Below are positions 33,591 to 38,088 of a stretch of 38,088 nucleotides of DNA, piece by piece; position 1 is the first letter of the stretch, and each line of letters begins with the position of its first letter. The DNA comes from Macrostomum lignano (lineage: Eukaryota). The notes under the pieces are model-generated. The model saw only the letters and a program-made list of their open reading frames with translations, had not been told where the DNA came from and did not search any database. The stretch is from contig NIVC01004687.1 in the NCBI GenBank assembly GCA_002269645.1, positions 1-38,088 on the forward strand, given 5' to 3'. Both the position numbers and the translations under genes were made by a program.

Positions 33591-35108
33591 CTTGCGGGCT
33601 GCAAGTTGACTGTCGCCTGAGATTTGAGGCAATTACCCGAAGTCCCTGCAAACTAAGTAACGCTAATGATAGTATAAAAGGCTAATATAAGATTATATGC
33701 CGGGATTTATCGGTAGAATTGGGTATCCGTGGCGCTGGCATGTCATAAGGCAGTCGACGAAACGCCGAGTATTACGGGGTCAGTACCGGCTGTGAAAAGT
33801 AGCCTGCTAGCTGGAGTCGCAACAGGTGGTCTAAGACAGGCCAATAGGTTCGCCGGAGTCCTTGTCTCGGGAATTGATGCAACAGCACGGTCTCGACTAC
33901 GACCGTCTCGTACCGTCCGAAACAACGACGCTCTCTGGTGGTTAGATAGATAAATAGATCTGTTGTGATGTTAAACATGAATCAATGTAGACCCGCTCTC
34001 TCTGAGATTCTTCCTTCACTCACTCAATTCACGCGCTCTGGTTACACCAAACGGGAACGGCTTCTTTTGTAAAACCAAGAAAATAAAATGTAACAAAACT
34101 TTAGCAGAAAGTTTTAGGAGAAAAATCAACAGTTCACGATTATGACACAGAAAACCTAATGAAAGGTACGATTGTGACAATTTGGTTTGCAATGCGAATG
34201 CAGTGAAATATCCAAAGCAGAAAAGTGGAGGATAAAAGCCCGGAGAGGAAAACTTCATGCAGATAAGAGTATACAAAGAATTGTCTCTGTCGCTGATCGA
34301 TGTGGAAGGTGAAAAACTGCAACTGACGAGAGCTACCCTGCTGCTCAGTCGGCGCGGTGGGTGGTGAAGTGGTTGAGGAGTGGAAGACAAGGCGTATGCA
34401 TAGCTCGTTTACATCGCAAAAGTTGCTTGTTGGTGGCACACGCCAAATTTCGGCCTTGGAGAGCATGTTCGCGGTGCGTGCCCTGGCCTAGCCCTGGCGG
34501 TGGCTTGAGACGACAGAAAATAGCAACTATAGGTCTGATCGCTTCAAGACCGACCAGCTGGTATTATTGGACTATATTAACGCCGCGCATTGAGGTGCAA
34601 ACACAGCCTAGTCACTATATACGTGACGGTGTATTGAGAGCTGATTAACCTGTCAATCAAGATTTATTGGCGAGTTGAGCAGGGCTCGCCAGTCTCGTCA
34701 TGCGTATCGCTTCTCAGCCTTAACCTCCCCGTCATTCTGCTCTGCGCTGACTCCTTGCCTCACCATTCACAATTTCTGGCTAACTCACCTTTTCCCAGCC
34801 CGACAACTGTTGTAGGTCAGCCTAATGTGATATTCATAAAAGGCTGCCGAGAGTGCTGAATGTTTGGGTACTCCAGTCTTTCAGCCGAATACGATTTTCT
34901 ATAGCCAATCTTTACTTGTCATTTCTTTTCTGTCTCGTTGATAATAACTCAGGTGTTGGCAGCTCAAGAAACGCTGAGTCCTCAAAGCAGGATAGAAGGA
35001 TATATGGTTAAAGAAGGGTGCAGGTTAAGAATGCAGACAAGGATATTAAGGATACGGCTGCACAGGTAGGAAACACAATAGACGCTTGAGTCTACTCTCG
35101 GATCTGTA

Positions 35109-35329
35109 TTTGCACAGCAGCCAAGTGAAAAAAATTGATCCTTGCCAACACTCCCAACCCTGCAGTCTGCGCGTGGCGTTACCTTTTCGGTTTCTTTTCA
35201 ACAACTCATTTGCATAAAGTGCACGCCGAATGTCGTGGTGAAGTTCTTGAACGTTCGGAGAGATGGCGCTTAGTTGTTTTTTTCCGAATTCGGCTATTTA
35301 ACAAGGTTAGCAGTCTACAATGTAAGGAA
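35109..35329 (+). repeat. Left arm of a ~220-bp inverted repeat pair
   Basis: Aligns to the reverse complement of 36284-36522, from TTTGCACAGCAGCC to GTAAGGAA, with few substitutions and indels of 3 and 15 nt. Confidence 0.9.
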
Positions 35330-36283
35330 AGGATCTGCGAAGCTAATCAAGCCTTACTTCATCGAGCTAATAATAGCGCACACTAAAAGATGATGCTCCG
35401 AGGAAGATACAAGCCACTCTCCGATCGTCTCGTAATAAGTAGGAGGAAAGATAGGTTTGGGGCAAATTTTTGTTGATTCATACGAACGTATGAGATTATA
35501 GTAACTAAAAAATGAACAAACAAGAAGACGAATAGGGACATTGGGAGTTCCGTCAACTGGGTCACTCGATCTTTCCAGCTGGTCCGTCTCTCAGAGTCAA
35601 ATGCAGACTGCTTCTGCTGCTGCTGCTGAAATGTCACGCGCGCCGAACTTCTGCATTAGTCAGTCAAAGCGCTGAGTCTGTCTTCAAAATAGACGACAAA
35701 CTGAAGACAAGGAGACGGACTTGATCGATGCCGTTCGCCAAAGTCTGCACGGAAATCATCCGCAGTGGCAGCCCACAGCGCACGCAACCGAGCTCAGGGC
35801 CATGCAAACCTAGCATTATCGAAAAGCTGCTACCCAATCCGATATCTGTTCACGAATGCTTTGCAATGTCGTATTAACTTTTTTTAAAGCTGTTTTCGCG
35901 CTACTGCAGACATCTCGCGGTTATAATTAATTCGATCTTTGATTTATTAGGCAAAAAAATTATACCCTCCTGACTGACTAACATCAATAATGTTGCCGGC
36001 GGAATTCGACGTGAATCAGAGGAACCAGAGTTTTTTATTGACGATCTCGCAACAGTCTAGGAACCACTTCATGGTTTTCAGCCAGCCAGTTGCAGCAACG
36101 ATATGCCTCCTCATTGTTCTAGTTTTTTTACGAGCTACCTTATCTGAAGTGGCTTCACTGGATATTTTAAATAACCAATGCAACGATTTTTCTCATTTGT
36201 TTGTCTTATAAAGGAAGTCTAATTTGGTTTCATTTTAGTACGAGCGGGTTTCCAGCATAGATAACATTTAGCATGCTACGAGC

Positions 36284-36522
36284 TTCCTTACATTGTAGAC
36301 TGCTAACCTTGTTAAATAGCCGAATTCGAAAAAAAACAAATAAGCGCCATCTCTCCGAACGTTCAAGAACTTCACCACGACATTCGGCGTGCACTTTATC
36401 AGTAAAGCATGCATGCAAATGAGGTGCTGAAAAGGAACCGAAAAGGTAACGCCACGCGCAGACTGCAAGGGTGTTGGGAGTGTTGGCAAGGATCAAATTT
36501 TTTCACTTGGCTGCTGTGCAAA
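36284..36522 (-). repeat. Right arm of the inverted repeat pair
   Basis: See 35109-35329. Confidence 0.9.
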
Positions 36523-37049
36523 GTATTCTCAAGAGACAAGAAATACACTTTCCTTCTACTTCAATACGAGAGTATACTGCATAGTTCATATATATTTATT
36601 ATCCCTGCTGGATTGCAATCCTCCGAGGCTGTCATTGTCACCGCTAAAAGCAGCTTGAGGCTTTAAAAATAGTTATACGAGCTATAGTCAAAAGTCAGCC
36701 AGTCTGCTTGGGCTTAAAGTTTGAGAACGTGAAGGGACTGACCTAATCTCTATTGAGGGATCAGCCATTATGCTAATGCCCTACTTCTTATCAATCAGGA
36801 TTTACTGCCATTCAAAGAGAGAGTAGTCAAAGCCGAAATCTCTTTTCCTATTCGCGCATCGAAAAATTGGATTCCGCAGCTGTCACAGGTGACAAAATGC
36901 GTGGTCGCAGCGATAATCTCTCGAATGGTAACTTCAGGACTAACTGCTCACTTTTAAGGTTAGCCATCTTCGACTTAGAATGCCGCTATTGACTCTAGAG
37001 TGCATCACTTTAAAGATGATTTTCTATTGTTCAATTCTCTGAAGCACCT

Positions 37050-37260
37050 TCACAGCGTCGACGCAGCAGGCGTCTTGTTTGACAATAAATTGACGTCTTC
37101 ATTTCAAATCCAATACGATGACCGACAGAGCTTGTATCTCGATCGAACAGTTTGCTATCAAACGAGGCCAATTTTTAACTAGCCACGACACTGGCTTGTA
37201 CTTCGTCGATTCGTACATCAGCGCCTGGGATCTAATGTTGAATTTGAATGCTACACTCTA
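37050..37260 (+). pseudogene. Possible very old non-LTR retrotransposon (CR1/L2-like) RT C-terminal remnant
   Basis: AGVLFDNKLTSSFQIQY resembles the LGVxFDxKLxFxxHI motif that follows the RT core. The rest is too decayed to confirm. Confidence 0.35.
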
Positions 37261-38088
37261 ACCAGTCTTGCTCTGATTACCACCGGTCAACTACTAGCTT
37301 GTACATTTATATCGATTACTCCAGAAAGGATCCCAATTTCATTTGAGACTCAAACGTGCTCTAGTCTGTCTTTTGACTTTGTTGATTGATGAAATCCGAC
37401 CGAGGTTTTTCGACTATCGTCTGTGCCCTGAACTCAAATCATTATAGCGACTGGGTCAATCATTAGTGAGTTGATCATAAAGCGACCGTGGACGCTGAAC
37501 AAAGGACAAAGAAGGACGCCAGCAGCAACATCTTTCAGAAAAATCATGGTCAAGCATCGATTTCCATGTAGTTAAGATCAGAATTATCAAATTGCTTGCC
37601 TCCTCCCATCTGTCTGTTGTCAACTGGGAATTCTCAACTTGGTTGGCTTAGCAAAGATTTATATCTCAAATGAAACAGGGCCTAAATATCTGTGCTGAAG
37701 TGCAGAAAACGACCCTTCCGGCCTCTCAGACCTTTTATCATCAGATTGTTCCTGCTTATCTGATTAGTGACTTGAAATTGGTTCCTAATGTCGCATCATT
37801 CTTCTTGTTAATTTAATCGCTGTTTACTATCCTTCTGTCTACTATCCATTATTGATTTTGATATTCCAGAACTTTCAGCCTTATTTTGAAAATATATATG
37901 CTTGCACTTCCGCGCAGTTTGTATTGGAGCCAGCCAGCTGTTACCACGACTTAAATTATGCTGCGCCTTTCACTTGGCTCATTAATTATTAATTATTCAT
38001 TTTAGCCGCAATATACGCTCGTAGATGAAACTTTTCTACACAGCTTGATCCGGGTTTAAGCAGGAGTAAAAAAGAAACGCAACAGTGC

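Noticed and set aside
33729-34650. GC-rich short ORFs (33729-33953, 33743-33925, 34361-34648)
   Set aside because: No recognisable motif and no consistent set of splice sites. They may be exons or UTR of an unrecognised transcript.
38065-38088. AAAAAGAAACGCAACAGT resembling AAAAAACGCAACAGT inside the mariner (about 15020-15035)
   Set aside because: Short, A-rich and cut off by the window edge, so it cannot be evaluated.

Overview
Eukaryotic, metazoan genomic DNA with spliceosomal introns, an amidated-neuropeptide precursor and Tc1/mariner, hAT, Penelope and SINE elements. The mix of GC-rich, intron-poor genes and many minisatellites is reminiscent of a free-living flatworm such as Macrostomum, but this is inference only. 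Five genes can be supported. (1) An unidentified multi-exon low-complexity protein on the minus strand (exons 8426-8635, 2456-2605, 282-497, running off the left edge). (2) ARMT1/DUF89 (2 exons, ~442 aa). (3) A NIFK/Nop15-like RRM gene with two 1-nt frameshifts. (4) An intronless SmG. (5) A secreted precursor encoding 20 identical AYGSMPW-amide peptides, which is the most striking item. Between 10.95 and 22.1 kb lies a sharply bounded, AT-rich, almost CpG-free block of decayed transposons (hAT, old mariner). Younger elements with normal CpG content have inserted into it: a mariner with 221-bp TIRs and a Penelope 3' end carrying a minimal hammerhead ribozyme. About ten tandem arrays (4-46 bp units) account for most of the long ORFs in the ORF track, which are artefacts. 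There is no CRISPR array, rRNA or intact tRNA. All counts and alignments were done by eye, and edges of repeats are approximate.
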